The notes beneath the pieces are model-generated. The model searched no databases. It saw only the letters and a program-made list of their open reading frames with translations, and was not told where the DNA came from. From Promethearchaeota archaeon (GTDB taxonomy: Archaea > Asgardarchaeota > Lokiarchaeia > Sigyniarchaeales > SOKP01), in NCBI GenBank assembly GCA_048939995.1, contig JBHLOY010000002.1, positions 352,001-416,000 on the forward strand: 64,000 nt of DNA. Reading direction: 5' to 3'. This document shows, piece after piece, positions 30,079-41,005 of the stretch; within the stretch, counting starts at the first letter, position 1, and each line of letters starts with the position of its first letter. The translations under genes were made by a program, and so were the position numbers.

Positions 30079-31935
30079 TTAATTTTCCAGGACTGATTTT
30101 CGTAGACCAAGATATAGGAAGAAGAATCCTAAGACTAATAAGATTGTAAAGAGACCCGGAAAAAAAGATGCCCAAGGAGCCACATATAGAAATGTTCTTG
30201 CGACACTCATATCATAGCCAAGTGAAATCATTGTGGGATTAGAAAAACCTAGAAAGCCTAAACCTAATTGGATTAATATAACAAAACCAACAAATAAAGG
30301 AATGTAGGGAATAACTTTTTTCATTATATCAAATCCATTTAATCGAGTTTTAGCTATTATTAGAGTAAAAAATGGAATCAATAATAATCCAAGCCCTGTC
30401 ATAGGTATAGGAATAATCATTCCTACAATTGAACTAACGATTAATAAACCAATAATCATAGGATAGATAAAAAAGATAATCATAGATATTTCAACTGACA
30501 TTTTAAATCGTCGATTTAATAGACTCATAGGGATTCCAATTAGTAAGCCTCCTAATAACCCAATTCCAATAGGAATTAGGGAAGTTAGTAATGAACTTTG
30601 AATACCATATACAATCCTAGCGTACACATCGCGACCAAATTGCGTTGTACCTAGAGGATGTAGTGGTGATGGTGCGTTCCATGGATCAGCGTATATTCCA
30701 ATTGCATCTTCAAATGTATATGGAGTTAATATTTGAGGGAATATTGAAATCAGAAGGAAGAAAATAACAAACACTGAACCAATTATGGTTGACGGTGAGA
30801 TCAACTTCTTATAGAAATAGTGTGAGAATGTTCTAAATGAACTCTTTGTCGTATTATTTTGTCTTTTGTGTTCTTGATTAATACTTTTTTCATTATTCTC
30901 CGTAGATCCTTCTTCCTTACTTTCATTATTTGGATTTCCAAATTTTTTTTTCCCAATGTGAGGTCTGATAACTCCAAATACTATATATAGAAGATTAACA
31001 AACACAATTAGGATAATGAAAGTAATAGGGATCAAAAACATTACTGCGTTAATTACCCAATAATCAGCATACATTAATCCTTCGATTGCTAGCTCAGTAA
31101 ATCCATGTAGATTAAAAATAGTTTCGATAAATATCAGGTTAGCAAAAATTATCCCAAAAGAGATAGCAATGTTAAAAGAATTTGGAACTATTGAGCGCCT
31201 TCTAGACTTATTTTTCAAGTATATTCGAGTTAGTAATGTGACTAATGAACCAATCCCAATTGTTAAAATAGACCACGGTTGGACAAAATGATATAGATAG
31301 TCTGGTATATAATATAACTCTCCTGATAGAAGTGAATCAATAATTCGAAATCCAGTAACAAAAGAGGGATCGCCATATGAAAAGGTTTTATATCCAGTAG
31401 TGGGAAATAATGGAATTAAATAGCCAAGAAAGTATTGAAATAACATTCCAAGTAAAAACACAGGAATGGCACATCCTATAAGAGCAAGAGTTTGAAAACT
31501 TCTATCTAGCCATTTATTCTTCAGTTTAACTCCAAGATTTCCAAATAAAAGCCCTAAAGTAGTCCCAACTAACAAAGGTAGCAAGAGAAGATCAATTGTT
31601 CTTGGCAGATTTGTTTTAATCATAAAAGAAACATCCGCACCATGAGCAATAGATAAAGAAATTCCCCAGTTTCCAGTAAACATTCTAAAAAGGTACATAA
31701 TGAATTGTTCATAAAGAGGTCTATCAAATCCTAATTGGTGATACATTTGATCATATTCTGCAGGTGTAAATGGAGTAGGAAGATACGCTAGTACAGGATC
31801 TCCGGGTAAAAATCTTGAAATTAGAAACGAGAGCACTAATACTAGAAAATACAGTACTAATCCGATAGTGAAAGTGTAAATTAGGTTTAGGTAAACTTTT
31901 GGTATCTTGGCATAAGTTCTATTAATATCTTGCAT
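30079..31935 (-). CDS. Fused DppB-DppC-like ABC peptide permease, paralog 2
   Basis: Same architecture and strong similarity to 26632..28509. Confidence 0.85.
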   Translation of the reverse strand: MQDINRTYAKIPKVYLNLIYTFTIGLVLYFLVLVLSFLISRFLPGDPVLAYLPTPFTPAEYDQMYHQLGFDRPLYEQFIMYLFRMFTGNWGISLSIAHGADVSFMIKTNLPRTIDLLLLPLLVGTTLGLLFGNLGVKLKNKWLDRSFQTLALIGCAIPVFLLGMLFQYFLGYLIPLFPTTGYKTFSYGDPSFVTGFRIIDSLLSGELYYIPDYLYHFVQPWSILTIGIGSLVTLLTRIYLKNKSRRRSIVPNSFNIAISFGIIFANLIFIETIFNLHGFTELAIEGLMYADYWVINAVMFLIPITFIILIVFVNLLYIVFGVIRPHIGKKKFGNPNNESKEEGSTENNEKSINQEHKRQNNTTKSSFRTFSHYFYKKLISPSTIIGSVFVIFFLLISIFPQILTPYTFEDAIGIYADPWNAPSPLHPLGTTQFGRDVYARIVYGIQSSLLTSLIPIGIGLLGGLLIGIPMSLLNRRFKMSVEISMIIFFIYPMIIGLLIVSSIVGMIIPIPMTGLGLLLIPFFTLIIAKTRLNGFDIMKKVIPYIPLFVGFVILIQLGLGFLGFSNPTMISLGYDMSVARTFLYVAPWASFFPGLFTILLVLGFFFLYLGLRKSVLEN

Positions 31936-32070
31936 GATATATTTAAACTATAATTATTTTTGGATTTTCTTAATATTATAAGTATGAAGATAGGATATAT
32001 AAAAGTTTTTGTAATTCACAGAATATTTCTTTAAATAGTAAATGAATCCATTTATCAATTTAAGACTATT

Positions 32071-32867
32071 TTGGTGAATTTAATGGATGATAAAGAAGTT
32101 GCCAAATACTGGGATGAAAATGCTAATAATTGGACTAAATTAGCACGGATGGGTTATGATATTTATCGAAATTATGTGAATACTCCTGAATTTTTTAAAA
32201 TCCTACCAAATATTTCTGGAAAAAAAGGCATCGATATTGGTTGTGGAGAAGGATATAACACTCGAATTGCGAGTAATCGGGGTGCTCGAATGGTAGGTAT
32301 AGATATTTCCAAAATATTTATCGAAAAAGCAATTGAGGAGGAAAAGAAACATCCTCTCGGTATTGAATATAAGGTGGCAAGTGCTTCAGACTTACCCTTT
32401 GATAATAATGAATTTTGTTTCGTAATATCTACCATGACGTTTATGGATTTATCCCAATTAGATAAAGCGTTAAAAAGGTGTACAGGATTATGAAAGATGA
32501 GGGCTTTTTTCAATTTTCTATTCTTCATCCATGTTATTCTACACCAATCAGAGAATGGATGAAAGATAACGAAGGCAATAAAAAGGGCTTAATGTGCGGA
32601 GATTATTTCAATGAATTAGAAGTTAGTATTGAGGAATGGATTTTTAGTGCTGCTCCAATAGATTTAGTAAAAGATATGAACAAATTTAGAGTTCCTAGAT
32701 TCCATAGAACGCTAAGTACATGGTTTAATACTCTAATTGATATTGGATTTAAGTTAGAAAAACTACATGAGCCTCAAGCACATAAAGAAGCGCTTGAAAA
32801 GGATCCACATCTAATTGATTGTAATATTGTAGCAAATTTCCTTATAATAAGATGTCGTAAGCTATAA
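32071..32867 (+). pseudogene. Class I SAM-dependent methyltransferase split by a 1-nt deletion (or sequencing error)
   Basis: DIGCGEG motif I in first ORF; adding one base near 32476 gives DKALK(E/K)VYRIMKDEGFFQFSILHP. Confidence 0.8.
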
Positions 32868-33067
32868 TTTGTTGCTTGAGAATGCAAATCATCAAGAACA
32901 AGTAATTTTATAAAGTTGGAAACCTTGCTACATAGTTTCCGATAAGCAATTAAAAATTGAACCAAAAAATAAAGAATAAATAAATTTTTATATCTTTTAT
33001 AGCATAATTATTCTAATTAAGAATATTAATTTAAAAATAAACAAAAATTTTTAATAGTTGAAATAAA

Positions 33068-33562
33068 ATGAAATCTGGAAGGCTTTTAACATTATTAGCT
33101 GGAATAATCACTATTCTCGGTACTTATGTTTTTGCAATCTTTGGAGGGAGTGGTATTGTTGGTTCCGGTATTGGATTTATAACTAATTTACCTGATTTAT
33201 TTGGGAATACTACTGTAATAGCAGGTTTTCTTGGGTGGGAGGTTTGGGTTGTATATATTGTTTTAGTCCTTTTCATAATATTTCTTGCTGCGGGAGTGTT
33301 ACAAATAGTTGGGATGGCAAATCGAGTAGTAAGTTTCATATTTTCGCTTTTCCCTATAGCCGTCGGACTTATGATTATTTTACTTGCTTATACAGACATT
33401 CTAGGCACAGCCTCTGCTTTCTTTACATTTTTCTTTTTACATACACAAATAGCTGATATCTTTCCATTTCTCATTCCCATCGACATTTTAGCTTTAGGCG
33501 CTTACTTAATGTTGGCGGGAGGAGTTTTAGGATTCATCAGTGCCTTTCTACCGAGAGATTAA
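33068..33562 (+). CDS. Four-TM hypothetical membrane protein
   Basis: Hydrophobic, Gly-rich helices; poly-T terminator-like tract downstream. Confidence 0.75.
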   Translation: MKSGRLLTLLAGIITILGTYVFAIFGGSGIVGSGIGFITNLPDLFGNTTVIAGFLGWEVWVVYIVLVLFIIFLAAGVLQIVGMANRVVSFIFSLFPIAVGLMIILLAYTDILGTASAFFTFFFLHTQIADIFPFLIPIDILALGAYLMLAGGVLGFISAFLPRD

Positions 33563-33599
33563 ATAAAATTAGAATTAAATTTCTTTTTTTTTTCAATTT

Positions 33600-34256
33600 T
33601 TATTCGAGGGTTTTAAGATCCTCTGGACTATTAACATTTTTAAAAGATACTAAATTTAAGTCAAATTTCTTAATAGATTCTTCAATTGAAATATATTTTA
33701 TCTGCCAATAATCCCTGAGTAGATTAACTAGCTTAAATTTTTTTTTTTTTAAGTTATTACGAGAGGATACATATGCCTTTTCAATGGGATAAATAGCAAG
33801 TAATGGCTCCAAAAAGCCACTTTCCCATCTTGGGATACAACAATCATAATTCTGACATTCTTTTATCATATAAGCAATAACCTCATATTTAATAAGTGGA
33901 TTATCACATGATAAGGCAAAAGCTTTTTGATAACCAAGAACCTTTAATTCCTTAAATGCAGAGTATAATCCAAGCATAGCTCCCCGCATCTTCTGGTCTA
34001 AAATAATATTGTCATCTATAATAAATGCCATAATCTTATCGAAATTTATCTTATTCAAGCAATTTTGAACCTGATTTTTAGAATTGGCTACTAAAAAAAT
34101 GTCATAAGGAAATTGGGATAATACATCTAATTGATGTTCAATTAGCGCTTTTCCTTTAAACTTGAAAAAGCATTTATCTGTACCAAAACGATAACTCCTT
34201 CCTCCTATTAAAATAATGAAGGCAAGATTTTTATTTTTGACCTTAATTTTTAACAA
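33600..34256 (-). CDS. mobA: Molybdenum cofactor guanylyltransferase
   Basis: ILIGGRSYRFGTDK, SCDNP, EPLLAIY, FKNVNSPEDL. Confidence 0.88.
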   Translation of the reverse strand: MLKIKVKNKNLAFIILIGGRSYRFGTDKCFFKFKGKALIEHQLDVLSQFPYDIFLVANSKNQVQNCLNKINFDKIMAFIIDDNIILDQKMRGAMLGLYSAFKELKVLGYQKAFALSCDNPLIKYEVIAYMIKECQNYDCCIPRWESGFLEPLLAIYPIEKAYVSSRNNLKKKKFKLVNLLRDYWQIKYISIEESIKKFDLNLVSFKNVNSPEDLKTLE

Positions 34257-34372
34257 CTAAAATTGTAAATTATATATATTCTATTAAACTAATAATTAAA
34301 AATTATTATTCATTTAAATTAATTGTATTTATAGTAGAAAATGTAAGGCTCCTTTTCAAGATATGCTAAATT

Positions 34373-35902
34373 ATGAGATTAAATTATAAAAATACCTCTC
34401 TTGGAGAGAAATTGAAAGAAAATTGTGCTGTTTTTGGAGCGACTTGTGATGATATTGGATATTCAGTTTCAAATTTGATATATACTGGCCTTATTGCTCA
34501 ACAACATAGAGGCCAGGAATCGGCTGGTATTTCTATTTTAAAGACAGGTGGAAAAATATACACATATAAAAAAAAAGGTTTAGTATCCAGTGTATTAAAT
34601 AATAAAATATTATCTAAGTTCTGGGGAAACGTTGGGATAGGACATACAAGATATGCAACCACAGGAGCACAAGAATATAGTTCGCAAGATTATATGCAAC
34701 CATATCATCTTAAGAACAATGAAATTGAATTCTCTATGGCATTTAATGGAACTATACCTAACTATTCAGATCTCCAAAAAAGAATGGAAGAAATGGGAAG
34801 AATTTTTATTACAAACACAGATACCGAAATTGCTGCCCAATTTATAGCTTCATTAGCTTTAGGAACGGAAGATTGGCCAGAAATCTTAAAGATTGCAAGT
34901 AGATTTTTTGACGGTTCATATTCTCTAATTCTATTATCACCAGAAGGTGATATCTATGCAATGCGTGATCCATTAGGGTTTAAACCTTTATGTATTGGGG
35001 AAATGAAAACTGAGAAAAGAAATATATATTTCGTAGCTTCTGAATCGTGTGCTATTGATGCAGTTGGTGGAAAGTTTATAAGAGACGTCATTCCCGGAGA
35101 AATTGTACATTTGAGTCATCAAAAAGATATCCACTCAGAAGCAATATTAAAAAAAGAGAGAACAGCCATATGTCAATTTGAATTTGTATATTTTGCCCGC
35201 CCAGATTCAATTATTGATGGAGTATCTGTTGCTGAAGCAAGATTAAGATTAGGAATGAATTTAGCTAGAAGAGATACCCTTTTGAAGAATCCTGAATTTA
35301 GGAAGAATGCTATAGTTGTTCCAGTCCCCGATTCTGGTCGCAGCGTTGCAGTAGGATATGCAAAAGAATCAGGGTTAACCTATGTAGAAGGTTTGATGAA
35401 GAATCGATACATCCATAGAACTTTTATTTTACCTGGTCAACAAAAAAGGAAAATCGCAGTGAAAGATAAATTAAATCCCATTCGAAGTATCGTGGAAGGT
35501 AAAGAGGTAATTCTTTTAGATGATTCAATAGTTCGAGGTACCACAACGCAACAAATTGTATCTTTACTAAAAAATATTGGCAAAGCAAAAGCAGTGCATT
35601 TACGGATAAGTTGTCCTCCTATAATAAGTCCATGCTACATGGGAATAGACTTTCCAACAAAAGAAGAGTTGATTGCGGGTAAGTTTCAAATGGTATATAA
35701 AGAAAATTATATTGAAGAGATAGAGAAGCAGATTGGTGCTGATTCACTTCTGTATCAAACTATAAACGATCTATCAGATGCCTTACATAAAACTGAAAAT
35801 CAATTATGCATGGCGTGTTTAACTGGTAACTATCCATTAAAGTCTGTGGAAAAATTAGTCGAATTAGAAATGTCTATTTCAACGGAAAGAGCTAAAAAGT
35901 AA
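34373..35902 (+). CDS. purF: Amidophosphoribosyltransferase (propeptide, Cys1, Fe-S type)
   Basis: LKEN/CAVFG, QHRGQE, GHTRYAT, CQFEFVYFARPDS, LDDSIVRGTT, CYMGIDFP, CMAC. Confidence 0.95.
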   Translation: MRLNYKNTSLGEKLKENCAVFGATCDDIGYSVSNLIYTGLIAQQHRGQESAGISILKTGGKIYTYKKKGLVSSVLNNKILSKFWGNVGIGHTRYATTGAQEYSSQDYMQPYHLKNNEIEFSMAFNGTIPNYSDLQKRMEEMGRIFITNTDTEIAAQFIASLALGTEDWPEILKIASRFFDGSYSLILLSPEGDIYAMRDPLGFKPLCIGEMKTEKRNIYFVASESCAIDAVGGKFIRDVIPGEIVHLSHQKDIHSEAILKKERTAICQFEFVYFARPDSIIDGVSVAEARLRLGMNLARRDTLLKNPEFRKNAIVVPVPDSGRSVAVGYAKESGLTYVEGLMKNRYIHRTFILPGQQKRKIAVKDKLNPIRSIVEGKEVILLDDSIVRGTTTQQIVSLLKNIGKAKAVHLRISCPPIISPCYMGIDFPTKEELIAGKFQMVYKENYIEEIEKQIGADSLLYQTINDLSDALHKTENQLCMACLTGNYPLKSVEKLVELEMSISTERAKK

Positions 35903-35906
35903 TGAT

Positions 35907-37304
35907 TTATTCTACTCCATCCCAACAATAAGTGCATAACTTTTCCTTTGGCAAACCGATTGCTTTAACTAAATTTTCTAGCTTTTGGTATTTTAATGTC
36001 GTTAAATGTAGCTTTTTTCTGATTACATCAACCATAGCAATATAATTTGCTGAACTTGGGTCAACATAATCTGTTGGGTTCTCAATATCTTGTCCCGTTA
36101 ATTCCTTTATGGCCCAGCGACCTGCTAAGTCTAATTCAGAACGGGATCGAGAAAAATTAAGAAATTTACACCCAAAAATTAAGGGTGGACAAGCAGGTCT
36201 CATGTGAACTTCCATAGCTCCCGCCCGAAATAGTCTCTTTATGGTTTTTCTAAGTTGAGTGCCTCGAACGATAGAATCTTCACAGAAGAGTAGCCTCTTA
36301 TCTTCAATATGTTCTTTGATTGGAATGAGTTTCATCTTAGCAACTAAATCTCTAATGGATTGATCTTGCGGCATAAAACTTCTCGGCCAAGTAGGAGTGT
36401 ATTTAACAAAGGGACGTAAGAAAGGAACTTTTGCTTCATTTGCATATCCTAGTCCGTGAGCTGTACCAGAATCTGGAATACCTGCAACTAGATCAATTGC
36501 AATTTCATCGTTTTTTGCTAAATAAGAGCCACATCTATGGCGGACGACTTCTACATTAATCCCTTCATAGTTTGATGCAGGAAATCCATAATATACCCAT
36601 AAAAATGCACAAATTTGTAATTGATCACCTGGGGTAATCTTTTGATCGATTCGACTTTCATTTAAGAAAACTACCTCGCCTGGTCCAAGATATTTTGTTA
36701 TTTCATATCCTAGATTTGGGAATGCACATGTTTCCATTGTAACAGCATAAGATCCAGGTTTTTGACCAATAATGAGGGGCGTTCTACCAAATTTATCTCG
36801 AGCTGCATAGAGGCCTTTATCTGCTAATATAAGTATTGTGCAAGAACCGTCAATTTTGTTCTGAAGCCTTTGAATTCCTTCTTCAAATGTACTTTCTTGA
36901 CTGATAATTGTTGCAACCATCTCTGTAGGATTTATTTCTCCACCATGCATTTCAGAAAAATGGGTACCGTTCTTAAGTGCTTCCTTTGCTAGATCTTCTA
37001 AATTATTTATTCTTCCAACTGTAGCAATAGCAAATACACCTAAATGAGAACTAATAATCAAAGGTTGATCATCGTAATCGCTAATTACGGCAATTCCCAA
37101 ATTTCCATGCATTTTCTTTAGATCTTTCTCGAACTTAGATCTAAACTGGGTATTCGTAATATCCTTTATGAATCTTTGAAAACCACCAGTATTTTTGACA
37201 GCTAAACCACCTCTTCTAGTTCCTAAATGAGAATGATAGTCAGCCCCATAAAAAAGATCTTCAAGACAATCTCTTTTCGAAACTACTCCAAATAAGCCTC
37301 CCAT
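35907..37304 (-). CDS. purF: Amidophosphoribosyltransferase-like paralog lacking N-terminal catalytic Cys
   Basis: Starts MGGLFG; HSHLGTRRGG; CEDSIVRGTQ PRPP loop; CAFLWVYYG; CTYCWDG. Confidence 0.85.
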   Translation of the reverse strand: MGGLFGVVSKRDCLEDLFYGADYHSHLGTRRGGLAVKNTGGFQRFIKDITNTQFRSKFEKDLKKMHGNLGIAVISDYDDQPLIISSHLGVFAIATVGRINNLEDLAKEALKNGTHFSEMHGGEINPTEMVATIISQESTFEEGIQRLQNKIDGSCTILILADKGLYAARDKFGRTPLIIGQKPGSYAVTMETCAFPNLGYEITKYLGPGEVVFLNESRIDQKITPGDQLQICAFLWVYYGFPASNYEGINVEVVRHRCGSYLAKNDEIAIDLVAGIPDSGTAHGLGYANEAKVPFLRPFVKYTPTWPRSFMPQDQSIRDLVAKMKLIPIKEHIEDKRLLFCEDSIVRGTQLRKTIKRLFRAGAMEVHMRPACPPLIFGCKFLNFSRSRSELDLAGRWAIKELTGQDIENPTDYVDPSSANYIAMVDVIRKKLHLTTLKYQKLENLVKAIGLPKEKLCTYCWDGVE

Positions 37305-37453
37305 TAATCATCCACTATATTATTTATCAGAACAAAATTTTTAAATAAAATTATTAATCCGCTAGGATTTTAAATTATAAACAAAAATGGATTCAAGAAG
37401 CGGGTTAATTTAGTTAAAAAATTAGACAAAAATCTAAAAATTCAGATTAACCT

Positions 37454-39853
37454 TCAATTTTGTTTTAAAAATTTGAATAAACCTCCAATCAGTTGACCTG
37501 TACTAATGCCAGCATCTCCGGGAGGAATATTATCATGTTCCAAGAAGGTATAACCTTTTTCTTCAATAAAATTCTTAATAGTATTTGAAAAAGAATAATT
37601 ATATGCTACTCCACCAGATAATCCAATTTTATCAACTTTATATTCTGAAGCAATCTTTACGGCCAATTCTGCAAATTTTTCTGCAAATTTTATTTGAAAA
37701 GCGGCAGCAATATCACTTGTTGAATTTAGTTTATTAAACTTTAATTTAATTATTTGTAAAATTAAATCAGAAGAATCAATTATATAAACCCCGTTCGTTT
37801 TAGTATATTTAATTTCAAGATCTATATTTTCTGCATTTCCTTGGCTTGCTAAACCCTCCAATCTCATAGCAGGTTCTCCTCTATAAGTTTTTATTGTTGA
37901 AGCTCCTAAAATATATGATACACAATCAAATATTCTACCAGCTGAACTTGTAAGTGGAATATTTTGACTAGGAAATTGGTTATTTACCTCTTTAAATTGA
38001 GAGATCATCGTTTCTAATTCTTGGTCCTTATATTCGAGATCATTCTTTAAATTTAGACCCTTAAAGAGATTAAAAGCTTCTTCAAGTTCTATTGTATTTA
38101 ATAGAATTGATGCCACCATTCTTGCGGGGTATTTTGTACAACGATCTGCTCCAATCATCGGCTGATATTGAAGATGCCCTAATCTTATATAATCAACGTA
38201 ATCACATAATAATATTTCACCGCCCCAAACGTTACCATCATCTCCATAACCAACACCATCAACACTTATTCCAACTATACGTTCACTTCTCTCCACTTCA
38301 TTCTCAGCCATTAATCCTAATATGTGAGCAAAGTGATGCTGAATATTATACAGCTGAACCTCATAAAGAGAAGCTAATTCTTTACCTAATCTAGTAGAGA
38401 CAAAAGCTGGGTGAACGTCACAACAAATAAAATCAATTTCAGAATCTTTTATCTGCAGCAAGTTTTTCATATGGAAGATAGCATCTTTTAAAAATTCATA
38501 TGTCTCTAAGTTTGTAGTATTTCCAATGTGTTGAGTGGGAAAAATTCGATTTCTCCGCAAGATAGCTCCTGTTGTTGTAAGTTCAGGGCCAGTTGCTATG
38601 GCTCCTTGGATCTCTACTTGAAATGGTAAGGGTAGATATTCTGGGACATACCCTCTTGATCTTCTAATTAATTTTATTTTATTATTATGAATTCTTAATA
38701 CACTATCATCGGCCCTTTGAAAAATAGGGCGATTATGAAGCAAAAAGATATCTGCTAAATCCTGAAGTTGGTCAAATATTACCTCGTTATCTATTCCCAT
38801 TGGAATATTTGATTTATTTCCACTAGTATAAACTAATGGTTTTTCACCTATATAATCAAACAATAAGTAATGTATTCCTGAATAGGGTAACATTACACCA
38901 ACATTATTTAAACCTGGAGCTACCTCCTCACTTATTCTAAAATTCTTAAAGAGGTTATTCCTCTCTAATAATACTATAGGTCTTCTAAATGACTCAAGAA
39001 GTTCTCTTTCTTCTTCTGAGATTTTGAATTCTTGTTCTATTGAATTAAGATTTGGTACCATTATAGCAAAAGGTTTATATTTCCGATCCCCCTTCCTGTT
39101 TCTAAGGTTTAATAAAATATCATCTTCAGTTAAACAGACGAGGTGAACACCTCCAATTCCTTTAATTGCCGCAATTCCACCTTCATTTATTCTGCCAGCA
39201 GTTTTAAGTAAAGTTTCTTCAATTGAATTTGTAGGTATTTTATTTTTATTTTTATCATACAATGCATAGTTAGGGCCACATACGGAACAGGCAAAGGTTT
39301 GAGCATGAAATCGCCGATTATAAAAGGACGTGTATTCTTTAATACATGATTGGGGCTCAGCAATTTGACAAAGTGGAAATTTATTCATGGTAGTTCTCTC
39401 CCTATCATAAGGTAAAGCTTGAACAGTCGTAAACCTTGGTCCGCAACTTGCACATGCTATGAAAGGATAATTGAAATACTTCTTTAAATCTTTATTTCTC
39501 ATATCTTTAATGCAGTCTGCACATGTCGCTATGTCTGGTGGAAGAGTTAAGCTAATTCCACGACCCTCTTCACTTTTAATGATTTTAAGGGTGTTATACT
39601 TAATATTCGTTTGAATTTCCTTGCTATTTAAGTTCTCAATGTAAGCTATAGCCGGTTTAGAGAGTTGGATTCTATTAACAAATAATTTAATTTTATCGGA
39701 ATTCCCTTGAATAACTAATCGAACTCCAGCATTTCCCCTATTTAAAATAATTCCATTAAGATCATAATCCTTTGCTAAGTTAAATAAAAAAGGACGGAAG
39801 CCTACTCCTTGAACAATTCCCGTTATATTGATCTCTACAGTTTTCTCGGTCAT
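37454..39853 (-). CDS. hypF: Carbamoyltransferase HypF
   Basis: GIVQGVGFRPF, two Zn fingers, KGIGG, QHHFAH, DGVGYGDDG, PPGDAGIS. Confidence 0.96.
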   Translation of the reverse strand: MTEKTVEINITGIVQGVGFRPFLFNLAKDYDLNGIILNRGNAGVRLVIQGNSDKIKLFVNRIQLSKPAIAYIENLNSKEIQTNIKYNTLKIIKSEEGRGISLTLPPDIATCADCIKDMRNKDLKKYFNYPFIACASCGPRFTTVQALPYDRERTTMNKFPLCQIAEPQSCIKEYTSFYNRRFHAQTFACSVCGPNYALYDKNKNKIPTNSIEETLLKTAGRINEGGIAAIKGIGGVHLVCLTEDDILLNLRNRKGDRKYKPFAIMVPNLNSIEQEFKISEEERELLESFRRPIVLLERNNLFKNFRISEEVAPGLNNVGVMLPYSGIHYLLFDYIGEKPLVYTSGNKSNIPMGIDNEVIFDQLQDLADIFLLHNRPIFQRADDSVLRIHNNKIKLIRRSRGYVPEYLPLPFQVEIQGAIATGPELTTTGAILRRNRIFPTQHIGNTTNLETYEFLKDAIFHMKNLLQIKDSEIDFICCDVHPAFVSTRLGKELASLYEVQLYNIQHHFAHILGLMAENEVERSERIVGISVDGVGYGDDGNVWGGEILLCDYVDYIRLGHLQYQPMIGADRCTKYPARMVASILLNTIELEEAFNLFKGLNLKNDLEYKDQELETMISQFKEVNNQFPSQNIPLTSSAGRIFDCVSYILGASTIKTYRGEPAMRLEGLASQGNAENIDLEIKYTKTNGVYIIDSSDLILQIIKLKFNKLNSTSDIAAAFQIKFAEKFAELAVKIASEYKVDKIGLSGGVAYNYSFSNTIKNFIEEKGYTFLEHDNIPPGDAGISTGQLIGGLFKFLKQN

Positions 39854-39876
39854 CCGACTAGTTTATTCTCCAAAAC

Positions 39877-40971
39877 TTATTCTTGATAATATTTATAATA
39901 AATTGAGCAAGTACCTTCGCTAGAGACCATACAAGGTCCTACTGGATAGAGAGGAGTGCATTCCTTTCTAAAGAGTTTGCATTCATAAGGAGAAAGTTTA
40001 CCAACCATTACTAAATGACAAGAGCAACCTGGAGGAATGTCTTGAGACTTCTTTATTTTGATATCGAACTTCTTATCTGCATTATACTCCTCAAATTTAT
40101 CTCGAATGACTAATCCTCCATCAAGAACCCTCCCAATTCCTCGCCAAGGAGATGAAACTGATTCAAAGACTTCCTTAATAATCTTCTGAGCGACTAGATT
40201 TCCTTCAGGTTTCACAACCCTGGAGTATTCATTAAGTGTTGCATAATTTTTCTCTTCTATCTGTTTTAACAACATTAAAATAGCTAATAAAACATCATTT
40301 GGTTCGAATCCAGCAATAACATTTGGTACTTTATATGCATCAGAAAAAATTTTAAAGGGCTGCAAGCCGATAATCGTGGAAACATGTCCAGGAGATATAA
40401 AACCATCTATATTTAGTTTAGATTGACTAATTAATAGCTCTAAAGCAGCAGGAATCAACTTATGGGCACAGATCACTGAAAAATTTGAAGGGGGTTTAGC
40501 TTGTATTTCATATCCAGTTAAAGGAACCGTCGTTTCAAACCCAATAGCAAAGAATACAATTTCTTTATTCGGATTATTTTGTGCTATTTTAACCGCATCA
40601 TGTGGTCCATAAATAATACGCACATCTGCTCCTTGAGATTTTAATTCAGCTAGAGAAATATTAGTAGCAGGTACTCTAATCATATCTCCAAAAGTGGTAA
40701 TAATAACCTCATCTCTTTTACCTAATTCAATAGCTTTATCGATATCTGCTGCTGGACAAACACAAACTGGACATCCAGGACCAGAAACTACTTCAATTTC
40801 CTTAGGTAGTAGTGTTCTTAAACCATATTTAGAGATAGTATGTTCGTGTGTGCCGCACACATGCATTATCTTGACATTTCTGTCCAAAGCATCACATATT
40901 TTTTTAATAGAACTGACAAGCTTCTCGGCAAATACATTGCTTTTTAAAAATTTCGTTCCAGGAATTTCCAT
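39877..40971 (-). CDS. hypD: Hydrogenase maturation protein HypD
   Basis: CGTH, GPGCPVC, GFETT, PGHVS, GPCMVSSEGTC. Confidence 0.97.
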   Translation of the reverse strand: MEIPGTKFLKSNVFAEKLVSSIKKICDALDRNVKIMHVCGTHEHTISKYGLRTLLPKEIEVVSGPGCPVCVCPAADIDKAIELGKRDEVIITTFGDMIRVPATNISLAELKSQGADVRIIYGPHDAVKIAQNNPNKEIVFFAIGFETTVPLTGYEIQAKPPSNFSVICAHKLIPAALELLISQSKLNIDGFISPGHVSTIIGLQPFKIFSDAYKVPNVIAGFEPNDVLLAILMLLKQIEEKNYATLNEYSRVVKPEGNLVAQKIIKEVFESVSSPWRGIGRVLDGGLVIRDKFEEYNADKKFDIKIKKSQDIPPGCSCHLVMVGKLSPYECKLFRKECTPLYPVGPCMVSSEGTCSIYYKYYQE

Positions 40972-41005
40972 AATTATAATTAAAATAATTAATTAAACAT
41001 TTTAT

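Noticed and set aside
32461-32495. Intron or programmed frameshift in the methyltransferase
   Set aside because: One base is missing in an A-run, with no inserted sequence or BHB fold; mutation or sequencing error is simpler.
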